From Vicinamibacteria bacterium (GTDB lineage Bacteria > Acidobacteriota > Vicinamibacteria > Marinacidobacterales > Marinacidobacteraceae): DNA of 64,000 nucleotides. Of this stretch, positions 9,269 to 19,254 are shown piece after piece (the first letter of the stretch is position 1; every line of letters begins with the position of its first letter). The notes beneath the pieces were generated by a model. The model had not been told where the DNA came from and made no database searches. It worked only from the letters and a program-made list of their open reading frames with translations. The DNA lies in the NCBI GenBank assembly GCA_964291235.2, contig OZ219815.1, forward strand, positions 1,088,001 through 1,152,000. The letters run 5' to 3'. The position numbers and the translations under genes were made by a program.

Positions 9269-10279
9269 TCAGGCCGTTCGGGCGGCATGGTTGCGAATCG
9301 CGGCGGCCACGCGCACGAAGAGCTCGCGCTGCCCGCCGGCGCCGGCGCCGCCGGTGTGCGGGGCGAGCACCAAACGCGGAGTGTCCACGAAGGGATGGTC
9401 CGCGGGAAGGGGTTCCTCCCGGAACACATCGAGTCCGGCGCCCCCGAGTCTCCCGTCCCGAAGCCGCTCGGCCAGTTCGGCCTCGTCCACGAGCCCGCCG
9501 CGCGCGGTGTTCACCAGGATCGCTCCCGGCTTCATCCGGTCGAGCGCCGGTCCGTCCAGCATGTTCTCGGTTTCCGGGGTGTGGGGGAGGTGGAGGCTCA
9601 GGACGTCGGAGTCCGCCAGGAGTTCTTCGACCGAGGCCACCGGTTCCACCCCGAGTCGGCGGTTCCAGGCGGCGGAGAGCGGCCGCCGCTGGTAGTAGCG
9701 GATGCGCATCCCGAAGCCGGCGGCCCGGCGCGCGACTTCCTGGCCGATGGCGCCGAAGCCCACGAGCCCCAACTGGAGACCGTCGAGGATGAAGGCGTCC
9801 TTTTGTCCCAGCCAGTTGAAGGCGAAGAAGCGTTCGGTCGTGACCTGCGGTTCCAGACCGCGTTCCCGGTAGGCGCCCGCCCGGACGCCCTCGTGGCCCT
9901 CCACGACCCGGCGGGCCACGGCCAGGAGCAGGCCGAGCGTGTGGTCCGCGACCGCGATCGCGCCGGGGTGCGGAATGGCGAGCACGGGAACGCCCCGGCT
10001 CCGGGCCGCCCGGAGGCTCACCGCGATCGGGTTTCGGCCGAGCGCGACCACCAGCGAAGGCTTCGCGGCGTCGAGTTCGCGCCCCCCCACCGGCCGTTTT
10101 CTCGCGATAAGCACTTCCGTGTCGCGGATCGCGGACTCGACCGCCGACGGGGCGTCGCTGTCCGGAATCCGCAGCTCGAATCCGGAAAGCGCCTGGGTCG
10201 CCATCTGGTGGACGAAATCGGGGGGCCGCTCGCAAAAGGCCACCGCGAAGTCACGGGGAGACGCTGCGTCTTGGGACAT
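9269..10279 (-). CDS. D-isomer-specific 2-hydroxyacid dehydrogenase
   Basis: GFGAIG, HLPHTPET, MKPGAILVNTARG, LDVFREEP, PHTGG. Confidence 0.9.
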   Translation of the reverse strand: MSQDAASPRDFAVAFCERPPDFVHQMATQALSGFELRIPDSDAPSAVESAIRDTEVLIARKRPVGGRELDAAKPSLVVALGRNPIAVSLRAARSRGVPVLAIPHPGAIAVADHTLGLLLAVARRVVEGHEGVRAGAYRERGLEPQVTTERFFAFNWLGQKDAFILDGLQLGLVGFGAIGQEVARRAAGFGMRIRYYQRRPLSAAWNRRLGVEPVASVEELLADSDVLSLHLPHTPETENMLDGPALDRMKPGAILVNTARGGLVDEAELAERLRDGRLGGAGLDVFREEPLPADHPFVDTPRLVLAPHTGGAGAGGQRELFVRVAAAIRNHAARTA

Positions 10280-10283
10280 CGGT

Positions 10284-11225
10284 TCAGAGCACCACAAAGA
10301 TCAGATAGGCCGCGTAGGCGGCGAGCAGGACGACGCCTTCTCCCCGGGCGATGCGGCGGCCGGTGAGCATGAACACCCCGGCCAACAGGGTAAGCAGGAG
10401 CACGCCCGGGACCTCGGCGGTCGCCAGACTGGATTCGATCGCCACCGGCGTGACGGAGGCCGAGATTCCGAGCGCCCCGAGAACGTTGAACAGGTTGCTC
10501 CCGATCACGTTGCCGGCGACGATCTGGATCTGACCGCGCCTGGCGGCCGCCACCGAAGTCGCCAGTTCCGGCAGCGAGGTTCCGATCGCCACCAGCGTGA
10601 ACCCAATGACCGTTTCGGAGGCTCCGAGCGCCCGGGCGATGTCGCTCGCGCCGCGCACCAGCAGTTCGGCGGCAACCAGCAGCGCGATCAGCCCCACGGC
10701 GGTCGTCGTCAGGCTCCGTCCCACCGAGGACCCGCCTTCCTCGCCGTCCGGGCCGGCGGAATCGGCCGCGGTCGCCCCGCGTCCCCAGCGGACGGAAAGG
10801 ACATTAAAGAGGATGAGCGCCGCGACGAGCGTGAACCCGACCGGCCGCGAGACCACCCCGGCAGTGGCCAGCGGCCAGAGGAGGATGGTGGCGGCGAGCA
10901 TGAACCAGAACTCCCGCCGGAGCAGTCCGCGCGGAATCGCGAACGGGGTCATGACCGCCGTGAACCCGAGGATCAATCCGAGGTTGGCGGCATTGCTTCC
11001 GATGACATTGCCCACCGCGAGCCCCGGACTGTCGCCGAGCACGGCGACCAGACAGGTGCCGATCTCCGGCGCGGAGGTGCCGTAGGCGACGACGGTGAGC
11101 CCGATGACCAACGGGCTGATGTGAAACCGGCGCGCCAGCCCCGAAGCGCCGTCCACGAACCAGTCGGCCCCGTAGAAGAGGCCGACAAACCCAAGGACGA
11201 CGAAGACGCTGGCGAGGAGAATCAA
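10284..11225 (-). CDS. Calcium/sodium antiporter (YrbG-like, CaCA family)
   Basis: Two alpha repeats: GTSAPE…GNVIGSN and GTSLPE…GNVIGSN. Confidence 0.9.
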   Translation of the reverse strand: MILLASVFVVLGFVGLFYGADWFVDGASGLARRFHISPLVIGLTVVAYGTSAPEIGTCLVAVLGDSPGLAVGNVIGSNAANLGLILGFTAVMTPFAIPRGLLRREFWFMLAATILLWPLATAGVVSRPVGFTLVAALILFNVLSVRWGRGATAADSAGPDGEEGGSSVGRSLTTTAVGLIALLVAAELLVRGASDIARALGASETVIGFTLVAIGTSLPELATSVAAARRGQIQIVAGNVIGSNLFNVLGALGISASVTPVAIESSLATAEVPGVLLLTLLAGVFMLTGRRIARGEGVVLLAAYAAYLIFVVL

Positions 11226-11336
11226 GCGGAAAGGCCGGCACGGGGCCGGCTACGCGCTGCGCCAGAGGACCGGGCTGGGGGCGGCGACTCTACCAAAGGG
11301 AGGTGGCCCCACACCGCCCGTTTCCAGGTCGGCAGA

Positions 11337-11670
11337 GGCACGGGAAGCCCGGCCTCCAGCTCAACAGCCTTGGTGTCGCACGGGCACGGGAACGCCGGCC
11401 TCCAGGCCGGCACAGCCCGCCGCCGGCGGGCGGCGGGACGGACCCTCCACCGTCAGGATGGTTCCCTCACGGCGGAACCCCCAGCAGCCCCGACGGCGCA
11501 CGGGCACGGGAACGCCGGCCTCCAGGCCGGCACAGCCCGCCGCCGGCGGGCGGCGGGACGGACCCTCCAGCGTCAGGATGGTTCCCCTCTCGGCGGGGAC
11601 TCCAGCAGCCCCGACGGCGCACGGGCACGGGAACACCGGCCTCTAGGCCGGCGGCGGGACGGACCCTCCA
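11337..11670 (+). repeat. Tandem REP-like repeat cluster (about 120-bp unit, about 2.4 copies plus a partial)
   Basis: Unit GGCACGGGAACGCCGGCCTCCAGGCCGGCACAGCCCGCCGCCGGCGGGC…CAGGATGGTTCCC starts near 11378, 11498 and 11619. Confidence 0.85.
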
Positions 11671-11741
11671 TGTCCGTTGCGATGTGAAAAAGTCGGAGTG
11701 AAGTTCGGGACCCCCCACCGCGCCGCCGCACAATTGCTCCC

Positions 11742-12212
11742 ATGAACGCCCAACACAAAGTCCGGACGTGCCTCTGGTTCGAAAGCGGCGGCGAAGAAGC
11801 CGCCCGTTTCTACGTCACCCTCCTCCCGGACAGCCGCATCGAGTCCGTCTTCCGCACCGCGCCCGATCAGCCGCCGCTGGTGGTGGACTTCACCCTCGGG
11901 GGCGCGCCGTACCAGATCCTGAACGGCGGCCCCGAGGTTTCCCAGTCGGCAGCGGTCTCGATCTCGGTGGTGACCGAGGATCAGGCGGAGACCGACCGGC
12001 TCTGGGACGCCCTTATTGCCAACGGCGGTGACGAAGGGAAGTGTTCCTGGCTGACTGATCGCTTTGGGGTCTCCTGGCAGATCGTCCCGCGCGCCCTGAT
12101 CGAGGGCCTGACGGCCGACGATCCCGCCGCGGCGGGGCGGGCGTTCCAGGCGATGCTCACCATGAACAAGATCGACGTGGCGGGCATTGAGGCCGCGGTC
12201 CGGGGGGATTGA
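11742..12212 (+). CDS. VOC family protein (PhnB / 3-demethylubiquinone-9 methyltransferase-like)
   Basis: TCLWF…AARFY, LNGGP, DQAETDRLW, CSWLTDRFGVSWQIVP, MNKID. Confidence 0.9.
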   Translation: MNAQHKVRTCLWFESGGEEAARFYVTLLPDSRIESVFRTAPDQPPLVVDFTLGGAPYQILNGGPEVSQSAAVSISVVTEDQAETDRLWDALIANGGDEGKCSWLTDRFGVSWQIVPRALIEGLTADDPAAAGRAFQAMLTMNKIDVAGIEAAVRGD

Positions 12213-12252
12213 GAGAGGACCGAGCAGACGATGAATCCTGACGTGGGCGGGG

Positions 12253-12308
12253 CCGTCCCGCCGCCCCGCCTGCGGCGGGGCTGTGCCGGCCTGGAGGCCG
12301 GCGTTCCC
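12253..12308 (-). repeat. Single REP-like element
   Basis: Reverse copy of the GGGAACGCCGGCCTCCAGGCCGGCACAGCCCCGCCGCAGGCGGGGC core. Confidence 0.8.
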
Positions 12309-12369
12309 CGGCCTACCCGCCGTGTGGTTGAGCCCGAATGCGAGCGCTTCGCCTCCCCGCCGGGGTGGG

Positions 12370-12423
12370 TTTTCCACGGATTCCACAACGCGGTTTTCCA
12401 CAGCGGTGTGGAAATGTGGAAAA
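12370..12423. promoter_or_regulatory. Cluster of five DnaA-box-like 9-mers
   Basis: TTTTCCACG 12370, GATTCCACA 12379, TTTTCCACA 12394, TGTGGAAAT 12407, TGTGGAAAA 12415; consensus TTWTNCACA. Confidence 0.6.
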
Positions 12424-12664
12424 CCTGGGCGCCGGGATCGCCCGCGCGAAACGGATGGCGGGCTAGAGTTTCCGCGGAACACACGAGCGGTCTGGATCGT
12501 TGAATCTGGCGACCCGATCGAACGTGGCCTGGGGGGAGCGTGAGAGTCCGGTAAGGGGCGCCTCACCCCCCGGCCGGGCGAGGAGTGGGTCGTTACCGCG
12601 CGGGTAGCGAACTCGCCGCGGGCGCGGCGGAGGCACCCCCTCCACCGAAAGGAGAGGAGAACCG

Positions 12665-14239
12665 ATGAGATTGCTCGAAGCGCGCGGCATATCCCGGCGG
12701 CAGCTCCGCGCCACGGTCCTGGTCGCGGGGGTCGTGCTCCTGGCCCTGGTGCGGGTGGCCGCCGCGGCCCAGGGCCCGGGCCAAGGCTCGGCGGAACTGC
12801 GGGAAGGCGCCATCACCGACCGCGTCCTGGACCAGTACCGTGACCTCCTGGCGCAGGAAACCCTCGCCTTCACGATTTCGCAGGCGGTGGATGTCGCTTC
12901 CGAGCTGCACCCCGAGGTGCGCCTCAATCGCGAGCGGCTGGCCGAGTTCCCCAGTCTGGTCCGGGACGCGCGCTCTCCCTACCTGCCTCAACTGGACCTC
13001 AGCCTCCAGGTGGCGCAGACGCGCGATCCCGGATTCCGGAACAGTCCTTTCTTCTCCCGGCTCATCGACGATCCCGGGGCCTCGCCTTTCGGCGCCGGCG
13101 ATTTCGGCGGTGCTTTCACGTTCGGCACCTACCTGTGGAATCTCCAGGCCTCGCAGGTGCTTTGGAGCTTTGGTCTTCGCCCGTCGCTTCGCGGGGTGGA
13201 CGTCGGCCGGATGCGCGTCGAGGCCGACCTCGAAGAAGTGCAGAACCGGGTCGCGCGCGACACCGTCACCCGGCTCTATTCCTACCTGCTCGGTCTGCGG
13301 ACCCGCGAGGTGCTCCGCCAGGCGGTCGAGACCAGCGAACGCGGCCTGGCAATCGCCCGCGACCGTCTTGAACTGGGGGCGGGCGCTCGCCTCGACGTCC
13401 TGCGGGCCCGCGTGCAGGTTTCCCGGCTTCGCCGGCAACTGTCGGACGCCGAGGATGCCGTCGCGCTGGAGCGGGCCGGAATCAACGCGCTGGTAGGCCG
13501 GGAGCAGTCGAAGGCGATCGAGGTTCTCGATGTCCTGGAACTGCCGAACCCGCTGCCGCGCGTGCTGCCGGCGGCAGCCTTGATGGAACTCGCCGTTCAG
13601 CAGCGGCCGACGCTGCGCCAGTTCGCGCTCGATCGCGAACTGCTCGAAACCCAGGCCCACATCGCGCGGGCCGACGCGCGTCCCGAGATTCGGGCGAACG
13701 CCTCGTACGGGATCAACACCTTCACCCTGGAAAACACCTACGACCTGCAACTGCACAACTGGAACGCCGGGGTGACGCTGAACTGGAATCTCTTTGATGG
13801 ATTCGGCACCGGCTCCCGGGTCGCCAGTCTTCGCTCGCAGATGACCCAAAACGATTGGGAGGCCAACGAGTACGAGGCCACTCTCGAAGTGACGCTGCGC
13901 AACGCCACCGCGAATTGGCAGGCCGCGCTCACCGCGATCGAGGAGGCGACGCTCGCCCTCGAAGAGGCTGCGGAAGTGGAGCGGGTTGCGACCGAAGAAC
14001 TCCAGGCCGGAGCCGCAACGCCCTACCTGGTGCTGGAGAGCGCCCAGGCCCGCCGGGAGGTGGAACTCGAGCGAGCCCAGCACACCCGCGACGCCCTGAG
14101 CGCCCTCGCGGAACTGAAATACCTCGTCGGGTACCCGGCGAACGCTCCGCATTCGGTGGTCTCGGACACGATCCCGACCGCCGCCGCGGACGATTCGGAA
14201 ACCGGGCCCGCAATGCCCGAATTGGAGGAACAACGGTGA
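12665..14239 (+). CDS. TolC family outer membrane efflux protein
   Basis: Signal peptide, YLPQLDL, two OEP-like helical repeats, WNLFDGF; first gene of the TolC-MFP-RND operon. Confidence 0.88.
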   Translation: MRLLEARGISRRQLRATVLVAGVVLLALVRVAAAAQGPGQGSAELREGAITDRVLDQYRDLLAQETLAFTISQAVDVASELHPEVRLNRERLAEFPSLVRDARSPYLPQLDLSLQVAQTRDPGFRNSPFFSRLIDDPGASPFGAGDFGGAFTFGTYLWNLQASQVLWSFGLRPSLRGVDVGRMRVEADLEEVQNRVARDTVTRLYSYLLGLRTREVLRQAVETSERGLAIARDRLELGAGARLDVLRARVQVSRLRRQLSDAEDAVALERAGINALVGREQSKAIEVLDVLELPNPLPRVLPAAALMELAVQQRPTLRQFALDRELLETQAHIARADARPEIRANASYGINTFTLENTYDLQLHNWNAGVTLNWNLFDGFGTGSRVASLRSQMTQNDWEANEYEATLEVTLRNATANWQAALTAIEEATLALEEAAEVERVATEELQAGAATPYLVLESAQARREVELERAQHTRDALSALAELKYLVGYPANAPHSVVSDTIPTAAADDSETGPAMPELEEQR

Positions 14240-15339
14240 CAGTCACCGCGCACGGTCCAACCCGAGGGGCAAGCGCCCCGCGACTCCTGCTCGGCTTTGC
14301 GGGAGGCGCCCTGCTCCTGCTGGGCGCTTCCTGCGGCCAGGAAGACGGTTTCGCTGCCGAACCGGAAGTGGACGGCGCGGATGCCGTTGACCTGCGTCCG
14401 GCGGTGGAAACCGCTCCCATCCTCCCCGAGTCCCTCACCGACGTCCTGGAGATCTCCGGCCGTCTCGAACCACGGGCCGAAGTGATGATCTCCTCCGAAC
14501 TCGGGGGCGCGGTCGAGGAGGTGCGTTTCGACAAGGGAGACCGGATCGAAGCGGGCGCGCTGCTGGCTCGCGTCGGTTCGGACCTGCTGCGTGCGGCCCT
14601 GGCCGAAAGCGAAGCGGAACTCGAGGGGGCCCGCCTCGACTACACGCAGGCCAAGCTCCTGGTGGAGCGCGAGGCGAGTCCCGCCCAGGACTTCCTCGGG
14701 GCGGAAGTGAACCTGAAGCGGTTCGAGGCCCGGGTCGAGGCGGCGCGTTTGCGGCTGACCCGTTCGGAAATCACCGCGCCGGCGTCGGGCGTGATCGTCC
14801 AGCGGGACATCGAACCCGGCGAAGTGCTCGGCCCCGGGAGTCCGGTGGCCGTGCTCCATGACACCTCGGTCCTGCGCGCCACGATCGGGATTCCCGAGAC
14901 CGACATCGCCTTCTTCTCGATAGGAAGTCCCGCCCAGGTCAGCCTGGACGCCTACCCGGACCGGTCCTTCGAGGGCCGCATCGCCTACATCGCATCCAGC
15001 GCCACGCGTCCCGGCCGGAACTTCCAGGCTGAGGTGGAGGTCGCCAACGCCGATGGAACGCTGCGCTCCGGGCTGATTGTCCGGACCCGGCTGCAGCGGC
15101 GCATCTTCGAAGATGCGGTCGTGGTCGCGCGTGACGTTCTCGTGGAACGGGACGGGATCCTCCACGCATTCGTCCTCGAGGACGGGGTCGCGGGACTCCG
15201 TTCCGTAGCGCTCGGCCCCGACGAGGGTGACCTGGTGGTGATCACCTCCGGGCTGGCGGTCGGCGAAGTCCTGATCACCGGCGGGCACCGCAACCTGCTC
15301 GACGGCCAGCCGGTACGGGTGGTTTCCCGGACCGACTAA
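14236..15339 (+). CDS. RND efflux periplasmic adaptor (membrane fusion protein)
   Basis: GTG overlaps the TolC stop, GGAGG RBS, GASC lipobox, lipoyl halves (GAVEEV…KGDRI; ITAPASG), SGLAVGE. Confidence 0.88.
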   Translation: MTVTAHGPTRGASAPRLLLGFAGGALLLLGASCGQEDGFAAEPEVDGADAVDLRPAVETAPILPESLTDVLEISGRLEPRAEVMISSELGGAVEEVRFDKGDRIEAGALLARVGSDLLRAALAESEAELEGARLDYTQAKLLVEREASPAQDFLGAEVNLKRFEARVEAARLRLTRSEITAPASGVIVQRDIEPGEVLGPGSPVAVLHDTSVLRATIGIPETDIAFFSIGSPAQVSLDAYPDRSFEGRIAYIASSATRPGRNFQAEVEVANADGTLRSGLIVRTRLQRRIFEDAVVVARDVLVERDGILHAFVLEDGVAGLRSVALGPDEGDLVVITSGLAVGEVLITGGHRNLLDGQPVRVVSRTD

Positions 15340-15354
15340 TCCAAGAGAACCGCC

Positions 15355-18300
15355 GTGAACATCACGAAATACGCCATCCGGCACCGCCTGTCGGTCTATT
15401 TCCTGATCCTCATCCTCTGTCTGGGTGGGGTGGGCGTCTATGTCTCGATGCCGCGGGAGTCGTTCCCCGAGGTGGAGGTCCCCTTCATCCTCGTGTACAC
15501 GATCTATCCCGGCGTCAGCCCGACGGACATGGAGACGCTCGTCACGCGGCCCATCGAAACCGAACTCAAGGCGGTCTCCGGGATCAAGGAGATCAGTTCG
15601 ACGACCAGCGAGGGGATGTCCAGCATCGCGGTCGAGTTCAACCCCGAAACCGATCTCGAGACCGCGCTCGCCAGCGTCCGCGAAAAAGTGGACCTCGCGA
15701 AATCGGACCTTCCTCCCGAGGCCGAGGACCCGCGCGTCCAGGACATGGATTTCTCGCAGGTCCCGATCATGATGATCACGCTCTCGGGGCCGGTCGGGAG
15801 CCAGCGGCTCACCGAGGTCGCCGAAGACATCCAGGAGGATCTGGAGGCGTTGCCCGGGGTCAACCGGGTCAACGTGATCGGGGGCCGCGTACGCGAGGTC
15901 CACGTGCAGGTGGATCCCAAGCGGCTGGCGTTCTTCGAGCTCAGCCTCGCGGACGTCGTCGTCGCGGTGGCCCGGGAGAACCGGAACGTGCCGGGCGGCG
16001 AAGTCGCGGTCGGCGGGCTCGAATACCTGGTCCGCCTGCCGGCTGAAGTGCGGCTGCCGTCCGAGATCGAGGACTTCGTCATCAAGGTCCGGGACGGCGA
16101 ACCGGTCTTCGTTCGCGACGTGGCGGATGTCGTCTTCGGATTCGAGGACGAGAGCAGCCGGTCGCGGGTGGATCAGGAACCGTCGGTCACGCTGAGCGTC
16201 GAAAAGCGCACCGGCGCCAACCTCGTCTCCGTCGCGGACCTCGTCAATGCCGAGCTCGGGCGTTGGGACGAGATGCTCCCGGAAGGGATCAGCACGGCGG
16301 TGGTGGGGGACATCTCGGTCGAAATCCGGCGGATGGTGAACGAGCTGGAGAACAACGTCATCTCCGGCCTGTTGCTCGTCGTTGGCTGCCTGATGGCGTT
16401 CGTGGGACTCCGCAACTCCTTCTTTGTGGGAGTGGCGATCCCGCTCTCGATGATGGCCTCCTTCCTGGTGCTCGGCTGGATCGGCTACACGCTGAACATG
16501 ATGGTGCTCTTCAGCCTCATCCTGATGCTCGGGATGCTGGTGGACAACGCCGTGGTGATCGTCGAGAACATCTACCGGCACCGCGAGCACGGCGACGCCG
16601 GGCCCGACGCGGCCTACGAGGCCACCACCGAGGTGGCCCGCCCGGTCATCGCCTCCACCATCACCACGCTCTGCGCGTTTTCGCCCCTGCTGATCTGGCC
16701 CGGGATCATCGGCGACTTCATGTCCTACCTGCCGGTGACGCTCATCATCGGCCTGACGGCCTCGCTGGTGGTGGCGCTGATCATCAACCCGACGCTCTGC
16801 GCGCACCTGATGAAGCCACCGCGGCGCGGCGTCAAGAAGGCCAACGCCGAAGAACACGCGTTCCGCCGCGGTTACCGCCGTCTCCTCAAGTGGTCGCTCC
16901 GTCCGGGGCCGGACGCCGGCACCCGTTCCTGGTTCTTCCGGAACTGGGCGCTGCCCGCGGCGTTCGTGCTGTTCCTGGGAATCGGCATGGCGCTCGCGCT
17001 GACCGGCATGTTCTTCCAGACGAACGTCCTGCTGCCGGTGGTGGCGGGGTTCGCGGGCATCGGCGTCCTCGCCTTCGTCCTGCAGGGAATCTGCTGGCTC
17101 GTCTGGAGCCTGATCCGCCGCCCCTTCGGCTGGACCCCGTATCTCACCGATCACCGTTCCGGTTGGATCTGGATGATGTGCGCCGTCCTGGTGGGGACGG
17201 TGGGGGTTTACACCCAGATCGGGAAGGGCGTGGAGCTGTTTCCCGAGGTCGAGCCGCGCCAGATCAGTATCGACGTGGAGACGACCGCCGGCTCCAGCCT
17301 GGACGCCTCCGACGGGATCGTCCAGCAGATCGAAGGCCTGACCACCGGGACCGTGGACGTGAAACACCAGGTCGCGAACGTGGGCTCCACGGGCGTCAGC
17401 ATGAATCCCGGAGGCGGCGGCGGCGGGAGTCCGAACCGCAGCCAGGTCACCCTGTATCTGCACGAGCGGGCCGACCGCGAGGTCCGGAACACCTTCACTA
17501 CCATGGAGCAGGTGCGGGCGGGGCTCGCCGATATCGTGGGCGCCAACGTCAAGGTGGACGCGCCCCAGGACGGCCCCCCGACGGGGGCCCCGGTATCGGT
17601 TCGCATCCTGGGGGACGAGCTGGACGAGATCGAGCGGCTCGCGGAAGACGTGAAGGCCCGCATCCGCGGCATCGAGGGGCTCGTCAACCTCGATGACGAC
17701 CTCGAGGGCGGAAAGCCCGAACTTCGGGTCGAGGTGAACCGCGAGGAGGCGATGCGCTCGGGTGTTGACACCCAGATCATCGCCGCCACGGTGCAGACCG
17801 GGATCCTGGGCGCCGAGGCCTCGAAATACCGGGTCGGCGAGGACGAGCACGACATTCGCGTTCGATTGGCCCCCGAGGCGCGGGCATCCCTCGACGACAT
17901 CGGCGAGCTCACCGTGCCCGACGACGACGGCATTCCGGTACCCATCCGGACGGTGGCCGAGCTGAAGCACGGGGTGGGCCCCGCAGCGGTTCGCCGGGTG
18001 GACCTCAACCGGGTGGCCACCATCGAGGGCGACGTGGTCCGGGATTCCGGACGCACCGAGGCGAGCGTTCGCGAGGAAGTGGCGGCCGAACTCGACGCGA
18101 TGGAATGGCCGCCCGGCTACCGGTGGGAGTTCTCCGGGGCCAACCAGGAGGAGCAGCAGGCGACCGCGTTCCTGTCGCGCGCTTTCGTCATCGCGCTCCT
18201 GCTCATCCTGATGGTGCTGGTCACCCAGTTCGATTCGCTGATCCTGCCGCTCACCATCATCACCTCGGTCGCGCTGTCCGTGATCGGCGTGCTCTGGGGC

Positions 18301-18774
18301 CTGATGCTCACCGGGACCGCGTTCGGGATCATCATGACCGGGATCGGGGTGATCTCATTGGCGGGGATCGTGGTCAATAACGCCATCGTCCTCTGCGATT
18401 TCGTGCGCCAGCTCCGCGAGCGGGGCCTCAGCCGGCACGACGCGGTGGTGGAAGCGGGGTCCATCCGGCTTCGCCCGGTGCTCCTCACGGCCGTGACCAC
18501 GGTGCTCGGCCTCGTTCCCCTGACGCTCGGCCTCAACATCGACTTCTTCAACCTCTCCGTCTCCACGGGCGGCGAGAGTTCGCAGTTCTGGGCCTCCATG
18601 GGCGTCGCGGTGATCTTCGGCCTCACCGTCGCGACGGTCCTCACCCTGGTAGTGGTCCCGGTCACCTACGACAGCCTCGACGGCCTCTCCGAGGCCGTCG
18701 CGGACTGGCGCAAGCGACGCAGCACCCAAGCACAGAATGTCGGCGGAGGCGCCCTCCACCCCGCAGGAACGTAG
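15355..18774 (+). CDS. RND efflux permease (AcrB/AcrD/AcrF family)
   Basis: YPGVSP…VTRPIE, GMLVDNAVVIVEN, GIVVNNAIV, RLRPVLLT; 1139 aa. Confidence 0.93.
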   Translation: MNITKYAIRHRLSVYFLILILCLGGVGVYVSMPRESFPEVEVPFILVYTIYPGVSPTDMETLVTRPIETELKAVSGIKEISSTTSEGMSSIAVEFNPETDLETALASVREKVDLAKSDLPPEAEDPRVQDMDFSQVPIMMITLSGPVGSQRLTEVAEDIQEDLEALPGVNRVNVIGGRVREVHVQVDPKRLAFFELSLADVVVAVARENRNVPGGEVAVGGLEYLVRLPAEVRLPSEIEDFVIKVRDGEPVFVRDVADVVFGFEDESSRSRVDQEPSVTLSVEKRTGANLVSVADLVNAELGRWDEMLPEGISTAVVGDISVEIRRMVNELENNVISGLLLVVGCLMAFVGLRNSFFVGVAIPLSMMASFLVLGWIGYTLNMMVLFSLILMLGMLVDNAVVIVENIYRHREHGDAGPDAAYEATTEVARPVIASTITTLCAFSPLLIWPGIIGDFMSYLPVTLIIGLTASLVVALIINPTLCAHLMKPPRRGVKKANAEEHAFRRGYRRLLKWSLRPGPDAGTRSWFFRNWALPAAFVLFLGIGMALALTGMFFQTNVLLPVVAGFAGIGVLAFVLQGICWLVWSLIRRPFGWTPYLTDHRSGWIWMMCAVLVGTVGVYTQIGKGVELFPEVEPRQISIDVETTAGSSLDASDGIVQQIEGLTTGTVDVKHQVANVGSTGVSMNPGGGGGGSPNRSQVTLYLHERADREVRNTFTTMEQVRAGLADIVGANVKVDAPQDGPPTGAPVSVRILGDELDEIERLAEDVKARIRGIEGLVNLDDDLEGGKPELRVEVNREEAMRSGVDTQIIAATVQTGILGAEASKYRVGEDEHDIRVRLAPEARASLDDIGELTVPDDDGIPVPIRTVAELKHGVGPAAVRRVDLNRVATIEGDVVRDSGRTEASVREEVAAELDAMEWPPGYRWEFSGANQEEQQATAFLSRAFVIALLLILMVLVTQFDSLILPLTIITSVALSVIGVLWGLMLTGTAFGIIMTGIGVISLAGIVVNNAIVLCDFVRQLRERGLSRHDAVVEAGSIRLRPVLLTAVTTVLGLVPLTLGLNIDFFNLSVSTGGESSQFWASMGVAVIFGLTVATVLTLVVVPVTYDSLDGLSEAVADWRKRRSTQAQNVGGGALHPAGT

Positions 18775-19200
18775 GAGCGCCGGTCTCCGACCGGCATCGC
18801 TCCCCCCAGGGGAGCGAAACGCACTTCGCCGATCAGCCCCACGTCACCCCGGCACGGGAACGCCGGCCTCCAGGCCGGCACAGCCCGCCACAGGCGGGCG
18901 GCGGTCCGGACCCCCCCACCGCCAAACGATCCCCCTCTCGGCGCGTACCCCCACCAGCCTGGGTGGCACCCCGGCACGGGAACGCCGACCTCCAGGTCGG
19001 CACAGCCCCGCGAAGCGGGGCGGCGGCCCGGCTCCCCCACCGCCAGGATGGTTCCCCTCTCGGCATGGACCCCACCAGCCCCCACGTCGCGCCGGGGAGC
19101 GAAACGCGCATCGCTGATCAGCCGCACGTCACCCCGGCACGGGAACGCCGACCTCCAGGTCGGCACAGCCCGCCGTAGGCGGGCGGCGGGAAGGAACCTC
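18771..19200 (+). repeat. REP cluster: one GTAG-REP and three long REP-like units
   Basis: GTAGGAGCGCCGGTCTCCGACCGGC at 18771; GGCACGGGAACGCCG(G/A)CCTCCAGG(C/T)CGGC units near 18851, 18973 and 19136; lies between convergent genes. Confidence 0.85.
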
Positions 19201-19254
19201 CAGTTCCAAGGTGGTCCCGTCTCGGCAGCGTTTGGAACACTGCCCGCCCACTCC

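Noticed and set aside
11337-11670. Tandem 120-bp units (also 18.8 and 30.5 kb) as CRISPR arrays
   Set aside because: The sequence between the conserved cores is itself repeated rather than unique spacers, copies are dispersed in both orientations, and no cas genes are present.
14023-17970. Very long antisense ORFs (1315 aa here, 1135 aa at 49385-52792, and others)
   Set aside because: Shadow frames of GC-rich genes with no recognisable motifs, lying opposite well-supported CDSs.
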